Source: a virus
Length of the DNA stretch: 64,000 nucleotides
Virus record (IMG/VR): IMGVR_UViG_3300045988_115849
Reading direction: 5' to 3' (one strand)
In this document: positions 1 to 8,159 of the stretch, one piece after another
How positions within the stretch are numbered: the first letter of the stretch is position 1
How the letters are laid out: each line of letters starts with the position of its first letter
The notes under the pieces: model-generated
Told to the model about the DNA's origin: nothing
Databases searched by the model: none
Seen by the model: only the letters and a program-made list of their open reading frames with translations
Translations under genes and position numbers: made by a program

Positions 1-331
1 CTTTTTTTTGTGCGACTTTTTAAACGTCACGACGTTTTTTTAGTCGTAAAATTATAAAGATTTTATAAATTTTTATTGACGATCTAAAGCCGAAACATAA
101 CGGTTCCGGCGGTGATTTGGCGGTGTCTGTTCCTCGTATTTTGGTCAACAAAGATGTTTTACATGTCTGTATAAGCAACGGAAACGCTGTATATTAGTCT
201 TTAAATTTACGCTTGCAATAAAATTATCTTTAGTTCAGGATATTAATTACAGGGTATTATATAAAGCCCTTATGAATATTTAAGATTATTATTTAATGCT
301 TTAGAGTGATAAAGTAAAAGGTGGTGAGAAC

Positions 332-913
332 ATGAAGGATTTAGAAGTTTATGAGAATGAGATTGAAATATACGCAGATGATTATATTAAATCTTTAGCT
401 AACGAAGATGATATATATAAAGTGTCTACGTTTAAGGGTATGCTTAAGCATATATTCAAGCATGTATTTAAAGCTAAAAAGAATGAGAAAACACGGTATC
501 AATTAAAGACTAACATTGATACTAGCGACATAGATACGATCAATGAGATATGGGATATATATACAACACTCTGTTATAAATATAATCATAATCCTTCATT
601 ACTGGGGTTCTCTTTACTTACTGGGATTAATGATGACACGTTCAACAGTTGGCGTACTGGCGAGGTTCGGGCAAGCTCTGGACATTCCGCCGCTGTCAAA
701 AGATGGAAAAAAGAATGTGAGTTAGCTCTGGCAGATCGCACAAGCGAACAAAACTCTGTAGGTTCGATGTTCTTGCTAAAGAGTTGCTACGGGTACAGCG
801 AACAGCAAACAGTTAACATCATTGATCAGACAGGGTTGCCAAAAGAGAGCAGAGCAGAGATCGCAAAGAAGTATGCAGAACATCAACAACTACCACAAAA
901 ACCAAATCTATAA
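332..913 (+). CDS. terS: Terminase small subunit (Terminase_2-like, tentative)
   Basis: 193 aa with RBS AAAGGTGGTGAG upstream. The segments PSLLGFSLLTGINDDTFNSW and GSMFLLKSCYGY resemble the HTH and C-terminal motifs of small terminases. This is from memory and needs an HMM search. Confidence 0.55.
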   Translation: MKDLEVYENEIEIYADDYIKSLANEDDIYKVSTFKGMLKHIFKHVFKAKKNEKTRYQLKTNIDTSDIDTINEIWDIYTTLCYKYNHNPSLLGFSLLTGINDDTFNSWRTGEVRASSGHSAAVKRWKKECELALADRTSEQNSVGSMFLLKSCYGYSEQQTVNIIDQTGLPKESRAEIAKKYAEHQQLPQKPNL

Positions 914-1263
914 GCATAATATATATATCATAAAAGCATTATGCACAATAAGTCAATAATAATAATATATATAGTTGTGCAGTATCACAATAGATATATG
1001 GTGATCTATAACTTAAACCATTATTTAACGTATAGATTGATCGTGTGGTGTAAAGATATATGCAGACTACACAATAAAGCTTGTTTGTTTTGTGCATGTT
1101 GTACAAAACAAAGGGAACGGCAGAAAAGACGGGGTACCCCTCACAGGAGACCGCCCACGCCGCCGGAGTTAGTGCCAAAAATTCCCCAAAAAACAAAAGA
1201 GCCTTTTTAGGCATACAAAGAAATTAATATATAACTCATAACACACAGAGAGGATATACAAGA

Positions 1264-1485
1264 ATGATTGAACATCAAAACTATTACAATCCCGGAAAGT
1301 ATGAAGCAAAAGATGTGATTAGAGACTGGGATTTAAATTTCAACTTAGGCAATGCAGTAAAGTATATATGCAGAGCAGGTAAGAAAGACCCAAACAAACT
1401 TGTTGAGGACTTAGAGAAAGCAGCAACGTATATCAACTTTGAACTTGAGTATTTAAAAAATAAGTCAGGAGCAGTGAAACGATGA
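1264..1485 (+). CDS. DUF3310-like phage protein
   Basis: 73 aa. The motif GNAVKYICRAGKK...DLEKAATYI matches my memory of DUF3310. RBS GAGAGGA upstream. Confidence 0.65.
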   Translation: MIEHQNYYNPGKYEAKDVIRDWDLNFNLGNAVKYICRAGKKDPNKLVEDLEKAATYINFELEYLKNKSGAVKR

Positions 1486-1592
1486 GATATTTATATAACA
1501 TGTTTGTAGTTGGTGTTTCAGTGTATGCAGCAGTAACATTTGGAACTGGTTGGTTGTTTTTGTTAATGTTATTAATTTTAGGAGTTGAGTAG
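1482..1592 (+). CDS. Small hydrophobic peptide (36 aa), below the ORF-track cutoff
   Basis: ATGA start-stop overlap with the upstream ORF. One TM-like segment (FVVGVSVYAAVTFGTGWLFLLMLLILG). Its stop TAG abuts the next ATG. Confidence 0.4.
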   Translation: MRYLYNMFVVGVSVYAAVTFGTGWLFLLMLLILGVE

Positions 1593-1754
1593 ATGATCAC
1601 AAAAGCTATTGTTACACTCTGCAATGTTGTATATGCATTGATCATCAGATGGTTTATGAAAACAGCAAAAACAAATGATAAAGCAACGATCGTAGGTTTT
1701 TCATCCATGATTCTCTTATATGCGTTAAACATTGTTGTGATATGGTGGTGCTAA
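1593..1754 (+). CDS. Small membrane protein (53 aa), below the ORF-track cutoff
   Basis: Starts directly after the preceding stop, and its own stop TAA abuts the ATG at 1755. Two hydrophobic segments. Confidence 0.45.
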   Translation: MITKAIVTLCNVVYALIIRWFMKTAKTNDKATIVGFSSMILLYALNIVVIWWC

Positions 1755-1943
1755 ATGAGTAAAGTTAAAGTCAGTTTCGTTGATGGAAGAGAAGAATATT
1801 TTGATATAGATCGTGATACACATTATTCAGACGATATGTTCTGGTATTCCAAAGATGATGATATGTTTTGTATAAAACGTTCAGCAAGGGATAAGGTCTT
1901 ACTTCCTAGAGAATTTGTAAGATACATATGTATTGCAGATTAA
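1755..1943 (+). CDS. Hypothetical protein
   Basis: 62-aa ORF in a tightly coupled + strand array. Confidence 0.5.
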   Translation: MSKVKVSFVDGREEYFDIDRDTHYSDDMFWYSKDDDMFCIKRSARDKVLLPREFVRYICIAD

Positions 1944-1974
1944 TTATAAACTGTCGAGAAAATCTCGGTAGTTG

Positions 1975-2048
1975 GGACCGTTAACTCAGCGGGTGAGAGT
2001 ATCCGGCTCATAACCGGAAGGCCACAGGTTCGAATCCTGTACGGTCCA
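1975..2048 (+). tRNA. tRNA with CAT anticodon (Met, or Ile2 if lysidine-modified)
   Basis: Hand-folded cloverleaf. Acceptor GGACCGT/ACGGTCC, D stem ACTC/GAGT, anticodon stem TCCGG/CCGGA with loop CTCATAA, T arm ACAGG-TTCGAAT-CCTGT, discriminator A. No CCA is encoded. Confidence 0.85.
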
Positions 2049-2221
2049 TTGAGTGATGCTAACAGCAAATTTTAATGTATTATAAAATGTTTTTGAAGGT
2101 TAATGCACAAGCATCATGTTCTTAGGGACTCATACAGCAAATAAAAAGTACAATGCAACAAAAAAACAAGCCATGACGTATAGCATACTTCACGAGTCCT
2201 GATTATGAAAGAGAGGGAAAT

Positions 2222-3682
2222 ATGAATTTTGCACAAGCAGTGGAAAGAGAAACAAAGTTCACAAAGACAGAGAATGGAGCAGTTGCTTTGAATACTACAG
2301 GCAATGCATGTCTTGATTTGTATTCAACAATTGGAAGTCTTAGAGATGCAGAACTATCAAGAGTTCTATCCTTGTTTGACGAAGCGTACAAAGAAAATCC
2401 GTTACTTGCTACAAAAATCGTATTTTACGCAAGAGATGTAAGAGGTGGATTAGGAGAAAGAAAAGTTTTCCGCGATCTGATTCATCATATGGCTTGCGTA
2501 TACCCTGAAAGTATTAAAAATAACATTTATTGGATTCCTGAATATGGGCGTTACGATGATTGGTACGCATTGGTCGATACGCCTTTAGAACAGGATATGT
2601 GGAACCATATGAAATCACTGATGGTTGAAGATTTCAAAGACTACAACAATGGAAAACCAATATCATTATTGGCTAAATGGTTAAAGACCGCGGATGCAAG
2701 CTCTAAGAAAACAAGGGAGCTTGGAATTAAGACAGCACTTGGTTTTGGTATATCTGTTCGAAATTATAAAAGGATTGTCCGTAATCTTAGAAAATACTTA
2801 AAGATTACGGAAACATATATGTCTGCGAACAAATGGAACGAGATATCTTATCCATCAGTTCCTAGTAGATGTATGTTGAACAACCAATATGCTTTTTATC
2901 GTCATGATGCAGAAAGATTCCAACAGTACAAGGAAGATGTGTCAAACGGAAGGCAAAAGATCAATTCAAGTACACTGTATCCATATGATTTGATCAATGA
3001 AATTGATTCACCATACGAGAGCGATCATGCCATTGCAGAAGCACAGTGGAAGAATCTCCCGAACTATGTAGAACCGGGAAGAAACGTATTAGTTATGGCT
3101 GATGTATCAGGTTCCATGAATGGAAGACCTATGCAAACTTCTATAGGACTTGCAATATATTTTGCAGAAAGAAATATTGGTCCATATCATAATATGTTTA
3201 TGACATTTAGCGCTGACCCTAAATTTGTATCACTAAAAGGGGATACACTATACGAAAAATATAGAAATGTAATGTTTTCGGAATGGGGATTTAATACAGA
3301 CCTGAAAAAAGCATTTGATAAGATTTTGAAGATTGCGATTGATAATCATATAGATCAGGAAGAAATGCCAGAAGCACTTGTTGTCATTTCTGATATGGAA
3401 ATTGATCAGTGCACAAATGATAGTTGGACGTTTTATGATCAGATGGCTGATGAATTTAAAAAACATGGTTATAACATTCCTAACATTGTGTTCTGGAATG
3501 TTCAAAGTAGAAATAATGTTTTTCATGCTGACAGCAACCGAAAAGGTGTTCAGTTATGTTCTGGGCAGTCAGCATCAACATTTCAAAATGTCATTTCCGC
3601 AATTGGTCTTACGCCAATAGAAGCAATGGAAATGGTAATAAATTCAGAAAGATACGATAACATTTCGATTACCTCCAAATAA
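2222..3682 (+). CDS. DUF2828/TROVE-like + vWA protein (Ro60-related architecture)
   Basis: 486 aa. The N-terminus TENGAVALNTTGNACLDLYS...DVRGGLGERK matches the DUF2828 signature as I recall it. The C-terminal half has a vWA MIDAS-like DxSxS motif (MADVSGSM) and VVISDME. Confidence 0.75.
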   Translation: MNFAQAVERETKFTKTENGAVALNTTGNACLDLYSTIGSLRDAELSRVLSLFDEAYKENPLLATKIVFYARDVRGGLGERKVFRDLIHHMACVYPESIKNNIYWIPEYGRYDDWYALVDTPLEQDMWNHMKSLMVEDFKDYNNGKPISLLAKWLKTADASSKKTRELGIKTALGFGISVRNYKRIVRNLRKYLKITETYMSANKWNEISYPSVPSRCMLNNQYAFYRHDAERFQQYKEDVSNGRQKINSSTLYPYDLINEIDSPYESDHAIAEAQWKNLPNYVEPGRNVLVMADVSGSMNGRPMQTSIGLAIYFAERNIGPYHNMFMTFSADPKFVSLKGDTLYEKYRNVMFSEWGFNTDLKKAFDKILKIAIDNHIDQEEMPEALVVISDMEIDQCTNDSWTFYDQMADEFKKHGYNIPNIVFWNVQSRNNVFHADSNRKGVQLCSGQSASTFQNVISAIGLTPIEAMEMVINSERYDNISITSK

Positions 3683-3686
3683 GTTG

Positions 3687-3760
3687 TGGTATATAGCTCA
3701 ATTGGATAGAGCGCAACACTACGAATGTTGAGGATGCCAGTTCAAGTCTGGCTATACCAT
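3687..3760 (+). tRNA. tRNA-Arg (ACG)
   Basis: Hand-folded cloverleaf. Acceptor TGGTATA/TATACCA, D stem GCTC/GAGC, anticodon stem CAACA/TGTTG with loop CTACGAA, T arm GCCAG-TTCAAGT-CTGGC. Confidence 0.85.
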
Positions 3761-3966
3761 TTGTTCGCAATAGCGAACATAAAGTCCTTACTTTCTTAAA
3801 ATTATTTTAGTACGTATGTGAAATTCAAGCCAATGTTGCTGTTGACCGTTATAGCCGGGATGGATTTCTTTTTTTCATGGCAGATTTTTTCACCCTAACT
3901 GGTGAAAAGAAATGTTCGCCTTTAAGTAGGCAAAGATTTCACTCCTTACAATGTTTTTATTTTGTT

Positions 3967-4025
3967 TGCGTATCTGAATATGGTCAGTTTAGCCGGCTAA
4001 ACTCCGGCATACGCATTGTTTTTTT
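3967..4025 (+). terminator. Intrinsic terminator closing the tRNA/TROVE unit
   Basis: Stem TGCGTAT/ATACGCA enclosing the inner palindrome GTTTAGCCGGCTAAAC, followed by TTGTTTTTTT. Confidence 0.55.
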
Positions 4026-4048
4026 AGAATTGACAGGGGATTATAACA

Positions 4049-4267
4049 TTGAGTATGACAGAAATTATCAAAGAAATGAAAAATTATATGACAGAACCGA
4101 TTGAGGGAATGTCGTATGCAGAAAAGGATAAAGAAGGCAATGTTTGGATTCATTGCCCGTGGTGTGGAAAGAAGCAATTTCCTGTTAACCATGATACGAA
4201 AATTAGTCATTTGCAGTATAAATGCAAATCGTCAAACTGCAAAAAAATGTTTGAAATAAATTATTAA
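4049..4267 (+). CDS. Small Cys-rich zinc-ribbon protein (Cys_rich_KTR/Com-like, tentative)
   Basis: CPWCG...(18 aa)...CKSSNC motif pair. The start is uncertain (TTG 4049 or ATG 4055). Confidence 0.5.
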   Translation: MSMTEIIKEMKNYMTEPIEGMSYAEKDKEGNVWIHCPWCGKKQFPVNHDTKISHLQYKCKSSNCKKMFEINY

Positions 4268-4284
4268 TAGTCGCAAGAGCCAAA

Positions 4285-4324
4285 GAGCCGGACGCTTTCA
4301 AGGGAAGGAGTCGGTTCTTTTTTT
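4285..4324 (+). terminator. Possible weak terminator or structured leader directly before terL
   Basis: An 8-bp bulged stem (GAGCCGGAC / GTCGGTTC) followed by six T residues that run into the terL ATG. Confidence 0.3.
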
Positions 4325-6034
4325 ATGCAAGAAGGAAGTTTTGAATGGTATCAATCGGTCTTTAAGTCAATATTGGACGGACAGATGGATTTGTATGAAA
4401 ACCAGAATGATACATACCAATTGTTGCTCAACATGAAGCAAGAATTAACATTTAACAATAAAGAGGTCATGGACTATGCAATCAAGATAAGCAAGTATGC
4501 CCATGAAATGGCTGCATATATGGCAGCAACGACAGGAATGGCGGAATATGACGATCTATACTGGAAGTTTCTGCTTCTGGAAGGTCAGCATTATCAGGTA
4601 GATAGTGGTTTGCTATATCTTGAAAAGAACAGAGTACCTTCTGAGAGGTTCTACGAACCACGTAGATCGGTTTTTATGCAACACGGGATAATTCAATCAT
4701 TGCAAGATTTAATGGACGATAAATTGGACATATTTGCGTTAAGTGTTCCACCCGGTTGTGGAAAGTCAACACTGGAAGACTTTTTCTTATCTCTTGTTGG
4801 TGGTTGGTTTCCAAATTGTTTTAACTTATCTTCTGCCCATAGTAGCATTTTGACACGATCACTGTATGATGGAGTTCTTGAAATTATAAATGATCCAGTA
4901 GAATACACATGGCATGAGATTTTTCCGAATGTGCAGATGCAAGGAACAAACGCAAAAGAAACAACAGTAAACCTTGAAAGAAATGGCCGTTTCAAAACGT
5001 GGACGTTTCGTTCGATTGACGGATCGTTAACAGGTGCGACACGTTGTAATAAATTTCTTACCGCGGACGACTTGGTATCAGGAATTGAAGAAGCATTGAA
5101 TAAAAACCGACTGAAAACACTCTGGACGAAAGTTGCAAACGATTTACGATCAAGACGATTGGACGGTTGCAAAGAGTTCTATATTGCGACACGATGGAGT
5201 GTTCATGATCCGATTGGAAAGCTACAGACACTATATGCAGGTGATCCGAGAGCAAGATTTATTGCAGTACCGGCACTAAATGAAAAAGGCGAAAGCAATT
5301 TCATGTTTACTGTAAATGGATTCTCTAAAGAGTATTTTGAAGATGCAAGAAAAGCTATGGATGATATTTCGTTTAACTGTTTATACCAACAAAAACCAGT
5401 AGAGCGTGAAGGACTATTATTACCGGCGGATGAATTAAGAAGATTTTATCTTGAAAAACATCATGTTCCTGAGGGGGTATCCGGTTATACAGTATTTCCT
5501 AAAAAAGACCCAGATGCTATCTGGGGTGTCTGCGATACAAAAGATAAGGGAACCGACTTTGAATCCCTTCCGATTGCATATCAGTTTGGAGAAGATTTTT
5601 ATATACCGGATGTTGTATTTGACGATGAAACGAATTATGAAATTCTTGATAACAAGACAGCTGCAATTCTTATCAGACATCAACCACATAAGGTGCGCTT
5701 TGAATCAAACCAAGCCGGAGGAAGAATTGCAGATAATATAAGCAAAATGATCAAAGGCAAAGCAAGGACAATTATTGAACCAAAATACACAACAGCAAAT
5801 AAAGAAACCAAAATTTTGGTCAATTCAGATTGGATAAAGAAGCATTGCTTATTTTTAGAACCATCAGAATACCAAGTAAAGTCTGATTATGGAAGATTCA
5901 TGGAAAATGTAACTTCTTACACAACAAAGGCGAAGGTTCTGCATGATGATGGTCCTGACTCATTAGCTATGTTAGCAGAATTTGTATCAAAGCCAGAAGC
6001 ACGACAAAGTTATATCAGACAAAGTCCAGTTTAG
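4325..6034 (+). CDS. terL: Terminase large subunit
   Basis: 569 aa. Walker A-like PPGCGKST and Walker B-like FLTADDLVSG, with a C-terminal nuclease-like half. Lies upstream of the portal gene. Confidence 0.9.
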   Translation: MQEGSFEWYQSVFKSILDGQMDLYENQNDTYQLLLNMKQELTFNNKEVMDYAIKISKYAHEMAAYMAATTGMAEYDDLYWKFLLLEGQHYQVDSGLLYLEKNRVPSERFYEPRRSVFMQHGIIQSLQDLMDDKLDIFALSVPPGCGKSTLEDFFLSLVGGWFPNCFNLSSAHSSILTRSLYDGVLEIINDPVEYTWHEIFPNVQMQGTNAKETTVNLERNGRFKTWTFRSIDGSLTGATRCNKFLTADDLVSGIEEALNKNRLKTLWTKVANDLRSRRLDGCKEFYIATRWSVHDPIGKLQTLYAGDPRARFIAVPALNEKGESNFMFTVNGFSKEYFEDARKAMDDISFNCLYQQKPVEREGLLLPADELRRFYLEKHHVPEGVSGYTVFPKKDPDAIWGVCDTKDKGTDFESLPIAYQFGEDFYIPDVVFDDETNYEILDNKTAAILIRHQPHKVRFESNQAGGRIADNISKMIKGKARTIIEPKYTTANKETKILVNSDWIKKHCLFLEPSEYQVKSDYGRFMENVTSYTTKAKVLHDDGPDSLAMLAEFVSKPEARQSYIRQSPV

Positions 6035-6043
6035 AGGTAAAAA

Positions 6044-6463
6044 ATGACAGCGAAAGAATATTTAATGCAATTACAGTTCCTTGATAAAAAAATACATAAT
6101 AAATTGTCAGAAGTATATCAGTTGAGAGCGTTAGCGACTAGTGCATCCGTAGCAATCGGTTCTGATAAAGTACAAACTTCAAAACAAAAAGATCGTATGG
6201 GAGATGCAATAGCCAATATTGTAGATAAAGAAAGAGAAGCTAATAGAGAAATCAAAAGATTTCTGATCAAGAAAAAAGAAATTATATCAGTGATCGAAAC
6301 AACAGAAAATCCAAATCATTATGATCTTCTTTTTAAGAGATATGTTGAGTACAAAACATTAAGAATGATACAAAATGAAATGGGTTATTCCTTGCAACAT
6401 GTAAAAAGAATGCATAAAGAAGCATTAGATGAAATTAAGAAAATCAAAGGATTTGAAGAATAA
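6044..6463 (+). CDS. DUF1492 / sigma-70 region-4-like phage regulator
   Basis: 139 aa. The N-terminal MTAKEYLMQLQFLDKKI pattern and the C-terminal HTH (YKTLRMIQNEMGYSLQHVKRMHKEAL) resemble DUF1492-type late regulators of Clostridia phages. Confidence 0.55.
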   Translation: MTAKEYLMQLQFLDKKIHNKLSEVYQLRALATSASVAIGSDKVQTSKQKDRMGDAIANIVDKEREANREIKRFLIKKKEIISVIETTENPNHYDLLFKRYVEYKTLRMIQNEMGYSLQHVKRMHKEALDEIKKIKGFEE

Positions 6464-6487
6464 GACTCTATGATACACAATAAGACC
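6461..6487 (+). promoter_or_regulatory. 27-nt box TAAGACTCTATGATACACAATAAGACC (copy 1)
   Basis: Near-identical to 22763-22789. TAAGAC occurs as direct repeats 20 nt apart, and the first TAA is the stop codon of the upstream gene. TATAAT lies 18 nt downstream at 6506-6511. Confidence 0.5.
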
Positions 6488-6524
6488 TTTTAGTTTAGTA
6501 TACTATATAATAGATTTTAAGTAA

Positions 6525-6558
6525 GCATTTGTGGATGTATTTCCGCAGATGCTTTTTT
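6525..6558 (+). terminator. Intrinsic terminator between the 27-nt box and the portal gene
   Basis: 10-bp stem GCATTTGTGG/CCGCAGATGC (2 G.U pairs), 8-nt loop, then TTTTTT. Confidence 0.7.
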
Positions 6559-6584
6559 ATTGCGAAGAAAGAGGTGAAACGACA

Positions 6585-8147
6585 ATGGGTTTAGAAGCAA
6601 GACTGCTTGGAAGAACAAAAATCTATACAGATGAGACAATCATTGATGAAGATAACATATTATCAGTCTTGCGAAAAGCTTATGCAAAACACTTATTTAA
6701 TCGCAGACAGATGCAGTTTCTGATTGACTATGAAGGCGGACAGCAGCCATTAAAACGACAAAAAATAGTAAGACCAGACATTGACATAAAGGTTAATGGA
6801 AGTGTTGCAAACTACGTCAAAGAATTTAAGATTGGCTACAATTGGAGCAGCCCTATCATGTTGGTTCAACGTGGCGACAAGGAAATGCATGACTCTGATT
6901 CAAAAACGGATGATGCAGGAATCACTTCATTAAATGAGATTCTAACAAATGGAGAAAACATCGGTTATAAAGATCAGTGTATGGCAGAGTTTATTGAAAT
7001 CTGCGGTATCGGTCATAGAATGATCGACATTAAGACAGATTTTGACGATATGGAAGATGGTGAACCTGAATCTCTGGTAGATGTGTATACACTTGACTCC
7101 AGATATGCTTTTTGCGTATATAACAACGGGACAGGTCAGAAAAAAGTTTTAGGTGTTACATACAGGAAAGTTTCAGGAAAGCTGTATTTTACATGTTTTA
7201 CTAAAGAATACCGCTATGAGATTCAATCAGGTGAGGTCGTTTCAGTAGAAAAGAATCCACTGAAAGATATTCCGATTATTGAGTATGAAAGAAGTTTTGA
7301 CAGAACGGGATGCTTCGAAAGAAAGATTCCAGAAATTGATGCACTCAATATTTTAATGTCAGACTTTACGAATGATGTGTCACAGAGAACACAGGAAATA
7401 TGGTGGGGGAACGACATTAAGTTCCCAGTAGATGACGAAGGAAATGAGATTCAACCTAAAAGTGGTCAGTGGTTAGTAACATATTCAAATGAAAATGGAA
7501 AACCAAGTGTTCAACCACTTTCAAGCACATTTGATTCTGGCAGTACATTATCTGCTATTTCTGATTACCGCAGTAGAATCTTTCAGGATTGTAAAGTCCC
7601 TATTCAGTACGAAAGTTCTGGCAGCGGATCAACGGGGACAGCAACCGACATGAGTTCTGGATGGAGTGCAGCAGAATTGGATGCCATGAGAGAACAGCAA
7701 ATGACTGAGAAGGGCAAGAGAGAAGAAATTAAATTGATCCTAAGAGCGATTCAGTTAGTTCCTTCAAAAATTCTTCCTGAAGACAGCCCGATCAGAAAAA
7801 TACACAGTTCTGATATAGACTTTCATTTTAACAGAAGAAAGAATTATGACATGTCTGTTAAGGCAAACACTTTTGCTACATATGTGAGTCACGGAATCCA
7901 CGGAAGACACGCATTAAAGGTAGTTGACGCGTTTGGTGATGTGGAACAAGTTTGGAACGATAGTCAGGAAATGATTGAAAAATATCAGGAATCTTTGTGG
8001 AAAACATCTGATAGTAGCAGCACTTCAACCATAGGAGATACTGGTAGCAATACATCAGAAAAGATTCAAGGCGATACATCTGATCAGACAGGAAACTCGC
8101 CGATATTAGATGGATTGAATACAGACTCAAATAAGATTCAGGCATAA
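6585..8147 (+). CDS. Portal protein (SPP1 gp6-like)
   Basis: Large ORF after terL with portal-like central motifs. I moved the start from GTG 6531 to ATG 6585, because the upstream codons span the terminator and RBS AGAGGTGA precedes 6585. Confidence 0.85.
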   Translation: MGLEARLLGRTKIYTDETIIDEDNILSVLRKAYAKHLFNRRQMQFLIDYEGGQQPLKRQKIVRPDIDIKVNGSVANYVKEFKIGYNWSSPIMLVQRGDKEMHDSDSKTDDAGITSLNEILTNGENIGYKDQCMAEFIEICGIGHRMIDIKTDFDDMEDGEPESLVDVYTLDSRYAFCVYNNGTGQKKVLGVTYRKVSGKLYFTCFTKEYRYEIQSGEVVSVEKNPLKDIPIIEYERSFDRTGCFERKIPEIDALNILMSDFTNDVSQRTQEIWWGNDIKFPVDDEGNEIQPKSGQWLVTYSNENGKPSVQPLSSTFDSGSTLSAISDYRSRIFQDCKVPIQYESSGSGSTGTATDMSSGWSAAELDAMREQQMTEKGKREEIKLILRAIQLVPSKILPEDSPIRKIHSSDIDFHFNRRKNYDMSVKANTFATYVSHGIHGRHALKVVDAFGDVEQVWNDSQEMIEKYQESLWKTSDSSSTSTIGDTGSNTSEKIQGDTSDQTGNSPILDGLNTDSNKIQA

Positions 8148-8159
8148 CAGGAGAGAGAA

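Noticed and set aside
939-1214. Overlapping 91-aa (-) and 89-aa (+) ORFs downstream of terS
   Set aside because: They are mutually overlapping with no RBS. Composition is extremely AT-rich apart from one GC patch. I treated the region as non-coding and reported the patch as a finding instead.
1433-1732. 99-aa - strand membrane-like ORF
   Set aside because: Two + strand micro-ORFs that are start-stop coupled to both neighbours explain the region better. The antisense hydrophobicity is a by-product.
1975-3760. The two flanking tRNAs as YrlA-type tRNA-like Y RNA modules
   Set aside because: Both fold into complete cloverleaves with normal anticodon arms (CAT and ACG). They are better called genuine tRNAs. 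Any Y-RNA-like partner would have to lie in the spacers.
3877-4104. 75-aa + strand ORF after tRNA-Arg
   Set aside because: It runs straight through the terminator hairpin at 3967-4025 and has no RBS. It overlaps the better-supported zinc-ribbon ORF.
6531-6584. GTG 6531 as the portal start (from the ORF track)
   Set aside because: These codons span an intrinsic terminator hairpin and its T-run. ATG 6585 has a proper AGAGGTGA RBS.
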